A DNA stretch of 64,000 nt from Mobula hypostoma (taxonomy: Eukaryota), in assembly GCF_963921235.1 (NCBI RefSeq), contig NC_086097.1:59212001-59276000 (forward strand), in the 5' to 3' direction. The translations under genes and the position numbers were made by a program. Below the pieces are notes generated by a model that was given only the letters and a program-made list of their open reading frames with translations, ran no database searches and was not told the DNA's origin. Below, one piece after another: positions 51,296 through 63,444 of the stretch. Within the stretch, counting starts at the first letter, position 1; each line of letters starts with the position of its first letter.

Positions 51296-52752
51296 ACTTA
51301 AATGACTGGGTCATCTAACCATCAGTAACTGTGCTGTTGATTGATTTATCAACAATTCTTTCATTGAAGCATATGGAATAATATAATTTACATTAAAAAT
51401 AAAGCAAAACAAGTTCTGTAGCAAGATGACGACACTAGGAGACAGTACTACAGATAATACGACCAAAATGCAATGATAAGACTGTGAAGGACATGAACCA
51501 TTTTCCCCCAAATTTTAAGAGCTACCTCTCAGCAAAGGTAGATGTCAAAGATAAAAGTCATCAATGTGGCCAGAGTATCACCTCAGCCTTTTCCTGACAG
51601 AGCCTTAGATCTGAAATATAGCCCCCTATTGAGTGGCAGATCTCTGCCATTCTTTGTGCTTTAGAAATATGGAGAACCTACAGAAGAATCCTACAGCACT
51701 GGAAAAGTACCTTCAAAGTCAATCCTCCAATATCCTCCAAGTCCAATGGCTGGACAGGCCATTGTTGGTGACCCCTGACAGTCCAACACCACTGCTCTTT
51801 GTAATCAACCCACCTCAGTCGATGGGTCAAACTCCAAAAACAAGCACTTTTCTCCAAGTTCTATCCCAGTTTTTTCAGGAGAACAGAGAAAACACACCAG
51901 AGACATTCTTAAAGTCTCCCTGAAACAATGTAAACCCATTAAACCTAATGAAAGCTCCTGGCCTGAGACCAGTCCAGATGGAGAAGGAGAATTCAGGAAG
52001 GCACCGAGCACCTTGAGCCTTTTTGTTGGGACACATTTGAGTCCAAGTACCAGATGAAGGAGCAGACAACATCTCAGGTTTCCCAGTCAGTTACCACTCC
52101 AACAGAACTTCATGATCAAGAAAATCTGTGGGTCTCGCATAGGATTGTTCAGCCAGCTCAGAACTGACAGAATAGGAATGGAAACAAGACATCCTAAATC
52201 CTTCGGAATTGGCCAAGAAGAAAGAATGGATTCAAAGGCATTATGTTTGCAACAAAATGAGAGAAATCTGACTTTTGCATCTCATTCTATGTGAGATATG
52301 TCAGTGGAAATATGGGAGCTAAGAATTTTTAAATAATTTAAGTCTCTTCCAGAATTTCTGATTTCACATGATTCCATTATGACATTTAAAATAAGCCATT
52401 ATAGAAATAGCCCTCTTTCTGACAAGACCTGCATAAATCAATTACTATTGTTCTAACCTACCTCATTCAAAATTTTATTCTAGTACTTATAAGCAACCAA
52501 TTAAGATTCCATACAAGAGAATACAGACATCAATATAATCTGCATTTCTACAGAAATAATGTTCATCTCCATGAAATATTAATAAAATGCAAAATTGTTT
52601 TCATTTGTTGTGTAAAATGAACAGTGCTATTGAGAAGTTGCAGAAAATGTTTCAATAAATTTTACCTTTTGAATCACTTTACTTTCATAAAATAAAGACA
52701 TTGTCATATTGCCTCAGTTCCTGCATTGACATAGAAGTGTATATTTACTACT

Positions 52753-53032
52753 TGGGCATTATGGTAGCATAGCTCGTTAGCACAGTGCTCTTTCAGCTCA
52801 GGCCAGAGTTCAGTTCCGGTGTCCTCTATAAGAAAGTATGTACGATCTTCCCGGTATGTACATGGGTTTCCTTCAGGCACTCCAGTGTCCTTCCACAGTC
52901 CAAAGGTCCATCAGTTCATAGGTTAACTGGTGAATTGTCCTGTGATTAGGCAAGGGTTAAATCAGTGGGTTGCTGGGCAGCGTGGCTCAGTGGGGCAGAC
53001 GGGCCTGTTCTGTGTTATATCTCTAAATAAAT
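52753..53032 (+). mobile_element. V-SINE/HE1-like SINE
   Basis: tRNA-like head tggtagcatagctcgttagcac..gagttcagttcc; core atgggtttccttcaggcactccagtgtccttccacagtccaaa; CR1-like tail gggcctgttctgtgttatatctctaaataaa. Confidence 0.78.
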
Positions 53033-53169
53033 CATAAAAATATAGATTAATAATGTTGACAGAAGTGCCATCAACAACAGTCAAAAGTTAGTATGGTCAT
53101 TCCTTTGGAATAAATGGTGTTATGACTCATATTATATGTAACATGGAATAACATGAGTGTACAAGCCAT

Positions 53170-53830
53170 TAAACTTCTGGTACTTTGTAGTATACTAGTC
53201 ACATTTCTAAGACTTCTACTCAAAAGTGGCTCAACCCCCTGGTAAGGTGTTAAAGAACACTTATGGCACTTTTGCCTTTATGAACTGAGGCATTGTGTTC
53301 AAAATTCAGGATGTTATGTTTCAGTTAGGCTGCATCTGGAAAATTGCATTCAGTTCTGGAATGCAATAAGAAGGATGGGGAGGTTTTAGAGATTTCCCAG
53401 GACGCCATCCAAATTAGAGTGCATGTGCTACAGGTGGAGGTTGAACAAGCTAGGGTGGTTGTCTTTGGAGAGGCAGAGTCTGAGGGGAGACCTGATACGA
53501 GTTTATAAGATTATGAGAGACATCAATAGAACAGACAGACAGAATGTTTAATCCAGGGTTGAAATATCTAAGGTAAGGTGGGGGGAGGGGTGGGTGTAAG
53601 GTTCTTTACAAACAGTGCCTGGAATGTGTTGCCAGGGAGGTTAGTAGAGTCAAATACAACGGAGCTGTTTAAAAGTCTCTTACTTAGACACGTGAATGTG
53701 CACAGAATGAAGGAATATGAACAAAGTGTAGGCAGAAGGGATTAGTCAATTGTAATGTTTAATTACTGGCTTAATTAGTAAGGCACCATATCATGGCAAA
53801 AGGGTCTGGTTTTGTTTTGTACTGTTCTTC
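53170..53830 (+). mobile_element. Decayed CR1 3' fragment
   Basis: HLENCIQFW; LERQSLRGDLIRVYKIMRDINR. Confidence 0.75.
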
Positions 53831-54240
53831 TTATAAAATCAGAACTTAACATATGGACTTAAATAACAGAGTGGAATTGTACAAATGATGGAAGAAAATC
53901 ATAGGAGATTAAATTAGAAAAAGTAATGTTAAAATTGGTACCTAATGATAAGTGGAGGAACCTGAAGTTAATGCCATGTGTGCTTATTTTTAGTGGTTTG
54001 GACTATGATAGAGTTAGTAAAGTCTTAGTTGGAATGCAATTCAATGGAAGAAGAGAGATTAATTTCTTACCAATATAACTGATAACTTTAGTCAACTTCT
54101 CTTGCCCCATCACTGAAAAGTTCCCTCAACCATCTCATGTTCTGTATATTTATTGCTTAATTATTTATTATTATTATTTCTTTTTTTTTGTATTTGCACT
54201 GTCTGTTGTTTTTTCACAGTGGTTGAATGCCCAGGTTGGT

Positions 54241-54428
54241 TTCGGATCTCCCCCTCCCTCTCCCACTTTCAAATCTCTTACTAGCTCTTCTTTCAGTTAG
54301 TCCTGATGAAGGGTCTCGGTCCGAAACGTCGACTGTACCTCTTCCTAGAGATGCTGCCTGGCCTGCTGTGTTCACCAGCAACTTTTATGTGTGTTGCTTG
54401 AAATTCCAGCATCTGCAGGTTTCCTCGT
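54241..54428 (+). mobile_element. Short PLE pLTR-derived element, best-preserved copy
   Basis: 6-bp TSD gttggt (54235-54240 / 54429-54434); complete 3' end. Confidence 0.9.
54299..54335 (+). ncRNA. Minimal type I hammerhead ribozyme, intact core
   Basis: agtc / CTGATGA (54303-54309) / A / gggt-ctcg-gtcc stem II / GAAACGTC (54323-54330) / gact; predicted cleavage after C54330. Confidence 0.85.
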
Positions 54429-55051
54429 GTTGGTGCAGTCTTTCATTGATTCTATTATGGTTATCATTCTATTATGGATTTAGTGCGTAGTACTGTAAGA
54501 AAGTGAATCTCAGAGTTGTATACAGTGGCATATATGTATTTTGGTAATAAATTTATCTTTAACTTTGAACTTTGATAAATCAAGAGTTCATAGTTCAAAG
54601 TACACATAAGTATGTTACTATATACTACCTTGAGATTCACTTTCGTGCACACAATTGCAGGAAAAAGTACAACAGAATTTTATGGAAAATTATACATAAT
54701 CAAAGACTGACAAACAACCAATGTGCAAAAGAAGAGAAGCTGTGCAAATAAAAATTATTACCAATGACATGAGTTATAATAAGTACTTGAATATAGAATC
54801 ATTTCAGAGCTGTGGTGTGTGAGTTATCCTCACCGGTTCAGGAGCCTGATGCTGGCACAGTAATAACTGCTGCTGAATCTGGTGGTGTAGGACCTAAGGC
54901 TTCTATACCCAGGGGTGTAGTGCTAGTGGGAGCGTGTCCGACACCTCTTTAGGAAAATAGACGAAATAAACAAGCTAATTAATTAGGTGCCACCCAGGGT
55001 GATTTGAGTACCTCAGAAACTGCTGTTCTCCTTTTTACGCACAACAGACTC

Positions 55052-55182
55052 TGGAGTTTACAAAGAATGGTGCCAAAAACAAAAAAAATCTAGTGAGTGG
55101 ACTTAACAAGATGTTTTCACTCATGGAACAGCCACTCGCTGGATTTTATTTTTGTTTTTGGCACCATTCTTTGTAAACTCCA
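55052..55182. repeat. Inverted repeat (~50-bp arms, 31-bp spacer) of a Tc1-like transposase fragment
   Basis: tggagtttacaaagaatggtgccaaaaac..gtgagtgg (55052-55100) versus ccactcgctgg..aaactcca (55132-55182); translates SGVYKEWCQKQKK. Confidence 0.8.
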
Positions 55183-55993
55183 CAATGTACACAATGATGG
55201 CTGTTATGTTTTGTAATTCCAAACTTATGACCTGGTGGTATGATGATGAGCACCATTTACATATTTTTGCATGTAACCCATAATGAATTATTTAAATGAA
55301 CACAAATGCTTAATCAAGCAACATACTTACAATATTACTCGTGTTATTGAAATATTAAATACACAACACTCCTTCTTGCTTATCTTATAAACTTTAACTC
55401 AATATAGAATGCATCTCAAATTTAATAATATGTCTTACTCTGGTCTTCATGACAAGTGGGATCACTCTACTTGGCAGTTGAGACTTATGGTTGTGAAACA
55501 ATCCAAGTTCTGGGGCCTCCTCTGTGGTGGTTGTAGGAGCTGACTCTGGGACTGCAGGAAGTGGTTCTGATGGCTATCTTCTCTAACAATTGACTCTGCT
55601 CTCCTCAACTGACCACTTAGTTGTCTCCAAATTATATCAGATACAATCTCCACTTTGTAGGAGAGTGGTTCAGTTTTGTCCTTAATCTTTTCAAGTACCC
55701 TCCCTTCGTCATCACTGTAGTCGCTAATCAGGACTGCTTGTCCAGGTGTAAAACATCAAACCTCCTTGTTTGAAGAGCCTTCAATTTGTCTCAGCTGCTT
55801 GCCCTCCTTCTGAGATCGGGTTTGAAGAGATTGAAGTGTGAACACAAGGAAGAACCTAGGAACAGCATAACTGGAGAGTAGTTGGTTGTGAAAAGTACTG
55901 CATTGTGATATACAAGGAGGAAATTGGCGAGCTTCTGATTCGGTGTCAATGTAGAGTGTTCTGTTGACATTGCTCACAGTGCATCCTCTAGAC

Positions 55994-58184
55994 CAGCCTT
56001 TCTCAACCTTTTTGTCCTGGAGGAACCCTTGAAATAATTTTTAGGTCTCAGGGATCCTCTGCATAAAAAATGTTTTATCGGCAGCTCACAGTACGTTAGC
56101 ATGATCAGTAACTTGTAAATATAATAATAAATTAAAAATAATTGTCAATGCTCTTTTGAGCAGAGAATAAATCTTTAGTCAACCTTTCTTGTAAAAAACA
56201 GGTAGTTAAGCTTAGCTTACCTTTCTTGAAATTACCTTTCTTGAAGAGATTTAACTCAATTCTTTTACTATCTCTTCTTTCAGTTAGTCTTGATGAATGG
56301 TCTCGGCCCAAAACGTCAACTGTGCTTCTTCCTATAGATGCTGCCTGGTCTGCTGCATTCCACCAGCGTCTTGTATGTGTTGCTTTCTTGAAATTAATCT
56401 CTTTCTTTCCCTTTCATAAATTTTAAAAACTCATAAGGCAAACATAATAAAATCCTGTTAAATAACTGGCTTAAGCCAAAAATGGGATTTAATTTCCTAA
56501 AGGCAGGCTCGGTAGATTTAATTTAAATAAAGCTTGTAAATTGATTTTAATTAATGCTATTTACAATATGAACATTTATTGACAATGTTGAGTAGTAAAG
56601 TTACTAAAAACCATAAGCTGGTCTAGTTGTTGTTTAGTAAAATCAACCATTTTTGTAGCATCATTGAGAACTTTTTCTTTCTTTTCTTTCATCTTTAAAA
56701 GTTGTTCACATCAGCACCTCTCTGTGAAGAAAGCAATATCTTGTGACAAAATCAGAATTTTCTTTTTTTTACAAGAGAAACGAAACCTCCTACAGAGCCA
56801 ACCATTGATAGGGCACCATCAGTACAGATGCCAACACAGTTCCTCTAAGACAGACTTTTAATTTCCAGACATAAAGACAAAACACTAAAAATATCCTGGC
56901 CTTTGTTTGTTTCGGGCAACTTTTTGCAACAGAAAAGAGTTTTCTTGAATTTCACTACCTTTTACATATCTTACAAATGCTATAACATGACATTTATTAG
57001 TGAAATATGTTGACTCATCAACTTGGATAGAAAAGCTGTTGTTTTTCAGTTTATCACTCAAATCCTCTTCGGCATCATGTGACATGTCATCAATATGTTG
57101 ACTTATCGTACTGTTTGAGCGTGAATCCTTTTCAATTTCTCAACTGTATCTTGTCCTAGCATTTTACCCACGATAATTTTACATGCTGCCATAATAAGGT
57201 TATGACCAAGTATGTGACTTTTCCTTTTTTGAATAATAAGTTCTGCTACTAAATGACTTGCTTCCTGGGCCCTTTTACTGAGTGTGACGTTACTAACAAA
57301 GACTTTACTCTGTTTTGAGGTTCCAATGGCCATTTAAAATAATCAACACTTTTATGTGTCATATGTCTGTGATTTGTGGCTAAGTGTCTTTTCAATTTTG
57401 CTGCAGCCATTGCTGCCTTTGTAAGACTAGTAACAATAAAATAGGATAACTTGGATCACCAATCCATATAAGACATATTGAAAAGTTGCACTCATTGTAA
57501 AGACGGACTTTTTTTATATTCGTTGTTGAACTAGTGCAGTGAAATGACTCAGAAGATTATAATAAAATATAAAAAAGAACGGCATAATAAATAACTAAAT
57601 GAGAAAATCGCAAAAAATATGAATACTTCACAATACAATTCACTTCTACCCTACACAATCCATCTTTTGCAACATTTACACAACAGCAATATGGCCGGCC
57701 AGCAGCTGAGTCACACCGTGTAAAAATTCCTTCTTTAGAATGAAAATTTCGCTCCAATTTTTTACTACACCGGTAGAGTTTGCTTGCTCTCATAAGTCAG
57801 TTGGCGGCGTGTAAGGAGAATTTGGAGGAGACAACTTGGGAGGGAGAGGCTGGCGTCATAGCCCAAGTAGGATGCGTTCATTTAATGCTTGGAAAATACA
57901 TTTCACGCTCCTTATTAGCCTACCATTCTCCCCTACGTACAATACAGCATTCAACGGCCTCCCCTATCTTGTGTCAAAAACTGAAAATGGACTCAAACAA
58001 ATAGACATGGTCCTACTGCGTGCTGCCATTCTGAGCTGAGAGACCTCTCATGGGATTGCTATCTGGGCTGCTCAGGCACTACCCACCAATGTGAATGCTA
58101 GCATTATGCGTCACTCGAAGTTCAGAAAACAATGACTATTTTTTAAATCACAATTTCTTGCGGAACACCAGTTGAGAAACCTTG
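55994..58184 (-). mobile_element. hAT Charlie-type transposon, internally deleted, inserted in the Gypsy integrase
   Basis: TIRs cagcctttctcaac / gttgagaaaccttg; TSD ctctagac / ctttacac (6/8, central TA); AQEASHLVAELI..SHILGHNLI and FSIQVDEST..IAFVRYV (ZBED5/SCAND3-like). Confidence 0.87.
56235..56382 (+). mobile_element. Short PLE pLTR-derived element with degenerate hammerhead, inside the Charlie element
   Basis: 14-bp duplication ctttcttgaaatta (56221-56234 / 56383-56396); agtc-ttgatga-atggtctcggccc-aaaacgtc-aactg. Confidence 0.82.
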
Positions 58185-59590
58185 CTTTACACTCTGGACA
58201 AAACTTTCCACCAGGCCATTTGTAGCTGGTAGGTATGGTGCAGATGTAGTACGTCTTATTCCATCAGCTTTCAGGAATGACTGAAACTACTCTGCAACCA
58301 ACAGTGGCCTGTTATCACTGACTAAGTGTTCTGAAATACCAGTCCTCAGGAAAAGGCTTCTCAGTACATCAGCAGTATGCAAGGCTGTCGTGGAGAATTT
58401 TGTGAAAACTTCTGGCCACTTTTTAGCTGCATCCACTACTACCAAGAAACTTGTGCCCATAAATGGTCCTGCAAAATCCACATGAATCCTCTGCCAGGGG
58501 ATTGCAGGCTAATCCCAGGGATGGAGAGGCACTACTCTTGGAATCTTCTGGATGTGTTGGCATCCCGAATAGTGCATGGCAAGCTGCTCAATCTGCTGAT
58601 TTATCACAATGTTTATTGTGGGAAACACTTTGGACTCTTCTGCCATCTCCATCTATAAGTAGACCCCAGTTAAGTCTATTTTGCTGAAGAGTTTCCCTCG
58701 AGAAAGGTTTGCAAAGACATCCTCTATCCTGAGCAGTGGGTATTGATCTATTTTCGGTACTGTGTTGATAGTGGCTTTAAATTCACCACAGAACCTTACA
58801 GACCCATTCTTCCTGGCTATTGCGACCACTGGCATCGCCCATGGGCTCCACTCAAACTTGGAAGTAATTCCTTCAGCCTCGATATGATCTAGCACACTGG
58901 CTATTTTATCACAGATGGTGCATATAAGAATCTGGACGTCTTTTATTAAACTTGAGTGTGGCATTTTCATTTAACACTATTTTAGTCTTTGTGATAGCAT
59001 TAGTTTTTGTAATGGGCGGGAGATGTGTTAATAGTGTACAAGCCTAACAATGTAACTTAAGTCTAAATTATTATTTTCATAAAGTAGCAAGCTCAAATAA
59101 GCCATACAAAATACTACGTAACAAGTCAAAATGATTTCCACAAAGATTTCAGGGCTCATGATTCAGAGTCACTGCGTGATTGTCTGTTGTCCGGGGGGAC
59201 ACCAAATTTCACCTTGTTTGTGAAACCATCCCTGGGTCCTTGGCACCAGTTATGATTTCTGGTCTGGGTGAAGTCTGAAAAAACAGAGAAAAGTATTCCA
59301 ATAAATATGTGTTTCACAAGTGTAGAGAGACACAGAAAAAAAGAAAAACTCATTAATTATTTGTACTCTTGCCATTAAGTCAGCCTGGTTTCTTTCATTC
59401 ATATAAGACATGTTCATTAACACAGTATTCAGCATACCCTTATAACTCAATTAGACACTTTAATGGTAACTGCTTATCTATTAGTCCACCAATATTTTGG
59501 ACCTACCATTCCTCAGACTTACAACAGAACACTATTATTACTTAAGAGTGCTAAGTCTGAATCAAAAAAAAAAGAATTCATCAAGCCAAC

Positions 59591-60238
59591 TTTTTTTTTA
59601 GATTATGAGGACATGAAGTCCTCTTTTACTGTCATTTAGTAATGCATGCATTAAGAAATCATACAATGCTTTTCCAGAATGATATCACAGAAACACATGA
59701 CAAACCGACTTAAAAACTGACAAAAACCACATAATTGTAACATATAGTTACAACAATGCAAAGCAATACCGTAATTTGATAAGAACAGACAATGGGCATG
59801 GTAAAAGTCTCAAAGTCTCTCAAAAGTCCCATCATCTCACACAGATGGTGAACCTCCAGCGCCACAAACTTGCCAATGCAGCATCCTGGAAGCATCCGAC
59901 CACAGTCCAACTCCGAGTCCGTCTGAAAACTCCGAGCCTCTGACCAGCTCTCCGACACTGAGTACCGAGCACCATCTCTGCCGAGCGCTTCAACCTCAGC
60001 CCTGGCAACAGGCAATGGGCAAAGCCGAGGATCTGTGGCCTTCCCCTCCGGAGAATCTCGATCGCACAGTAGCATTGGCAGCGAAGCGGGCATTTCAGAA
60101 GTTTCCCCAGGTGTTCCTCTGTGCTTCTCACGGCTGTCTCCATCAAATCAGGATTGTGCACAGCCCCTAGTTAACACATATCGATATCATTTGGAACGGC
60201 CGCGCGCACTGCATTGCGCCACCATCTTCTCCTCCCTC
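59591..60238 (-). mobile_element. Non-autonomous LINE-derived retroposon (GC-rich 5' UTR-like head plus AT-rich tail and A-run)
   Basis: Minus strand begins gagggaggagaagatggtggcg (YY1-like motif typical of LINE 5' ends) and ends in an A-run at 59591-59599; no RT. Confidence 0.6.
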
Positions 60239-60296
60239 AACAGAAACTAAGAAAGAATATGGCAGACTTGCTCTCAAATTGTCCAACAGACATTAA

Positions 60297-61349
60297 GGTT
60301 ACGTCCACACTACGGCGGATAATTTTCAAAACGCCGGTTTCGAGTAAAAACGACAGGTGTCCACACTAAGCATTTTTCAAAATATCTCTGTCCACATTAG
60401 ATGTATATTTGGGTGAATCTCCTCCTACTGGGCATGTGCAAGACACACAGAAAACAAGCGAAGAGGAAACAATATACTTGGTTCACGTTTGTCCAACTAC
60501 GAGTAGAAAAAGTTAAAAGGAATTGCTCTTGGCTCTCGTGCAGGAGAACTTAAAACTAAAAAAAACAAATACTGGAGCGTATGGAGGCAACCGACAGGGA
60601 GTTCACGGACAGTATGACCCGGCTGACGACGAACATTGAAAAACTGACTAACTCTGTTGCATTAAGAATATACCTTGTTAAATGTATAAAAACATGTCTG
60701 CATCAGTGTTATCTTGTATTTCCATACAATGTTACATTAGGCTGTTACACATCTATTGTCAGGGAAGTACTTGCATAAATAGGTAAACCACCTTGGTTCT
60801 TGATCCTCCAAAACATTCCACATGGAATTTAAACTGGAGGTGGTGAAGGGTGTTTTCTGTCCTTACCTTCATACAAGCAAGGACAGAAAACAGGGCAAAG
60901 TGAGTATACTTATTTATTCAGTAAGCTATGGGTCAAAATATTTGGTGAGTACATTTCTAACTCTTCTGGCTTCAGTCTCGTTGCCGTCGGTTCTGAAATT
61001 GTTAGTTTCTGCGAAGCAAAGAATCAAATATCGCTGTGATGATTTTATGCTCTAGTATCAATTGTTTGGCGACAATAAAGTAATAATAATCATAATAATA
61101 ATAAAACAATGAAATGCTGTGCTGCTGCCATCTGTTGTGACGCGTCATGACAGCGGTTTTAAAAAGCTGTGGTTACCCTGTACACACTGCAATGGATATT
61201 AGGCGTTATCAGATTTATTCACTCTGGAGACCGTTTCTGAAAATCTCCATTTTTGGGGGCTGAAAATGCCATTTCAGTGTGGACGGAAGGTCAAAACGAA
61301 GAGAAAAAGCTTCATTTTCAAAATTATCTGGCGTAGTGTGGACGTAGCC
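60297..61349. mobile_element. PIF/Harbinger-type non-autonomous DNA transposon
   Basis: TIRs ggttacgtccacactacggcggataatttt / aaaattatctggcgtagtgtggacgtagcc; subterminal tccacact repeats; preceded by taa (right TSD not matching). Confidence 0.8.
61018..61105 (+). mobile_element. Rex1 3' tail fragment inside the Harbinger element
   Basis: agaatcaaatatcgctgtgatgattt..ctagtatcaattgtttgg matches 39175-39235; (taa)n tail. Confidence 0.8.
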
Positions 61350-62246
61350 TTGGTCATTAACGGACATTATCATGTTAATGGTGCCTGAGACTAAGAACAA
61401 ATCCAGCTGCCATTAGCAAACATTTGACAGTAATGGTGTTTAATCTGTATAGACACTTCACTAATATTACAGATATAGAGACCCCACATGCTAAGGTTTC
61501 AGAAAGAGTTAGACTGTCATTTTGAAGTATTCAGACATTCATTCAATGTTTTACAAAATTTAATATAACTCAGTTTTCCAATGCCCTCCTTGAACATTAA
61601 TGTGGCATCATCTAGTAACTTTCTTAATTCATTTTCAGTTGACACTCTGTTGAAGGGGATGTGGCATGCAAATTGTGGATGGATTGCCAGTCAAGTTGTA
61701 ATTGTCTCAGCCAGTCAGGTTTTTACCACATATAAGCCCAACGTGGTTTGTTCGTTGTTGTATTTCACTGTTAGTATTTTTCCAGAATAAGTTTTTAGTT
61801 GAATATCTGCAGACTTCAGTTCAGTACCTTTGAAATAACATTCAAATTCATTTTGTGGAATAACTGAAACAGCTGAGCCAGTGCTCAAATCCATTTTAAT
61901 TAATTTGCCATTCACTTCTGGTGTAAACCATATTGCTTGTCTCTTGTTGGTTTTCACATTGTAAACCTCAAGGCTACCCACTTCTGGGTCACTCCCTTCA
62001 TTATCAGTTTTTTCATCCACAGTACTTAGCTTAGTGCTCTGTTGGAAACTGCAACTTGACTTTTTATTGTTTTCTCTTCCGCATGTAGCCCATTTATGTT
62101 TGTCCGCCTGTCATGCTCTTTGTATGTGACCAACTTTGCTGCATTCTCTGCACAGTCCTTCTTTAAATCTCCATTGGTCTGGTGTATGTGAGCCCCTGCC
62201 ACAATGGCGACGCAATTTGTTCAGCTAAGCTGGTTTCTGTTTTGAC

Positions 62247-62320
62247 CAGGGCTTCACAATCTGGGTCCATGGATCCCTCTGTTAATGGTAAAGCTCCATG
62301 ATAGAGGTTGGGAACTCCTG
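62247..62320. mobile_element. 74-bp hAT-Charlie-like MITE in the Gypsy gag region
   Basis: TIRs cagggcttcacaatct / aggttgggaactcctg; degenerate TSD gttttgac / ctttagat. Confidence 0.6.
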
Positions 62321-63123
62321 CTTTAGATATTGCAATTTTGCTCACGCTCACTTTCATTATCGTGCTTCAGTTAGGAGCCATTTTTGAATGCTTTCCTGTG
62401 AGATTCCACAAACTAAACAATCTCTCAGTGCATCATGAAACCCATTATCGAACTGACAATGCTCAATCTCCTCAATTCAGCCGTGTATGCTGAAATGGAC
62501 TCCCCTTCATTTTAATTCCAATTATGAAACATAAAACATTCTGCAATCAATAATGGTTGCGGTTCTAAATGTTACTGAATTGCCTTCATGGTATCAGCAA
62601 AGTTCATAGCTCTTTTGTTTGCAGCTGTTAAACTTCAAAGCAAACTGCATGCCTTTAAATCCAATGCACATAGCAAAATTGACACTCACTTTTCATTGGC
62701 CATTTCATTTGCTTCAAAATGCTCCTCAATTCACACAGTATACAATATCCAGATCTCTTGTGCTCCTTTTTAAAATTTGTGATTATTATTACCTGGTACA
62801 CATTGCTTACGAACCCATGAATCTGTCTGTTTTTGTGCCTTTTTTTATACACAAATGTCTCATTCCTTCTGACAAAAACATGTTGCAAATTTTTTTAAAC
62901 TCAAGTATCTCATTGTGCTCTTTTAACTCGAATGCTTCGCCGCACTTTTTACAACTGGAAAGTCTCGCTGTGTTTCAACAGGTAGGTAGCCATCTCTCAT
63001 TCATTTAAAACTTCCTCCTCATCACAGTTATGCTTTGTAACTCCAAAATATAGAAACTAATTGAAATAAGAAGACAGAGCCGGGAATGCGTGTACGTTAG
63101 TTTCGTTTTTACTTTAACGAGAC

Positions 63124-63444
63124 ATGTCCAGAACGAGGGGTCACAGTTTGAGGATAGAGGGGAAGCCTCTTAGGACCGAGATTAGGAAAAACTTCTTCAC
63201 ACAGAGAGTGGTGAATCTGTGGAATTCTCTGCCACAGCAAACTGTTGAGGCCAGTTCATTGGCTATGTTTAAGAGGGAGTTAGATATGGCCCTTGTGGCT
63301 ACGGGGGTCAGGGGGTATGGAGGGAAGGCTGGGGCGGGGTTCTGAGTTGGATGATCAGCCATGATCACAATAAATGGCGGTGCAGGCTCGAAGGGCCGAA
63401 TGGCCTACTCCTGCACCTATTTTCTATGTGTCTATGTTTCTATG
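63124..63444 (+). mobile_element. Young CR1 3' end inserted in the Gypsy 5' LTR
   Basis: SRTRGHSLRI..RKNFFTQRVVNLWNSLPQ; tail tttctatgtgtctatgtttctatg. Confidence 0.92.

Larger units (their letters stand above)
54130..54910. mobile_element. Two Rex1-type 3' ends tail to tail (+ ~54130-54575; - ~54580-54910)
   Basis: aataaatttatctttaactttgaactttg tail, then reverse tail gttcaaagtacac..ggttcaggagcctgatg. Confidence 0.7.

Noticed and set aside
51665..52294. Selenoprotein interpretation of the in-frame TGAs
   Set aside because: No redox motif context and no SECIS recognisable by eye
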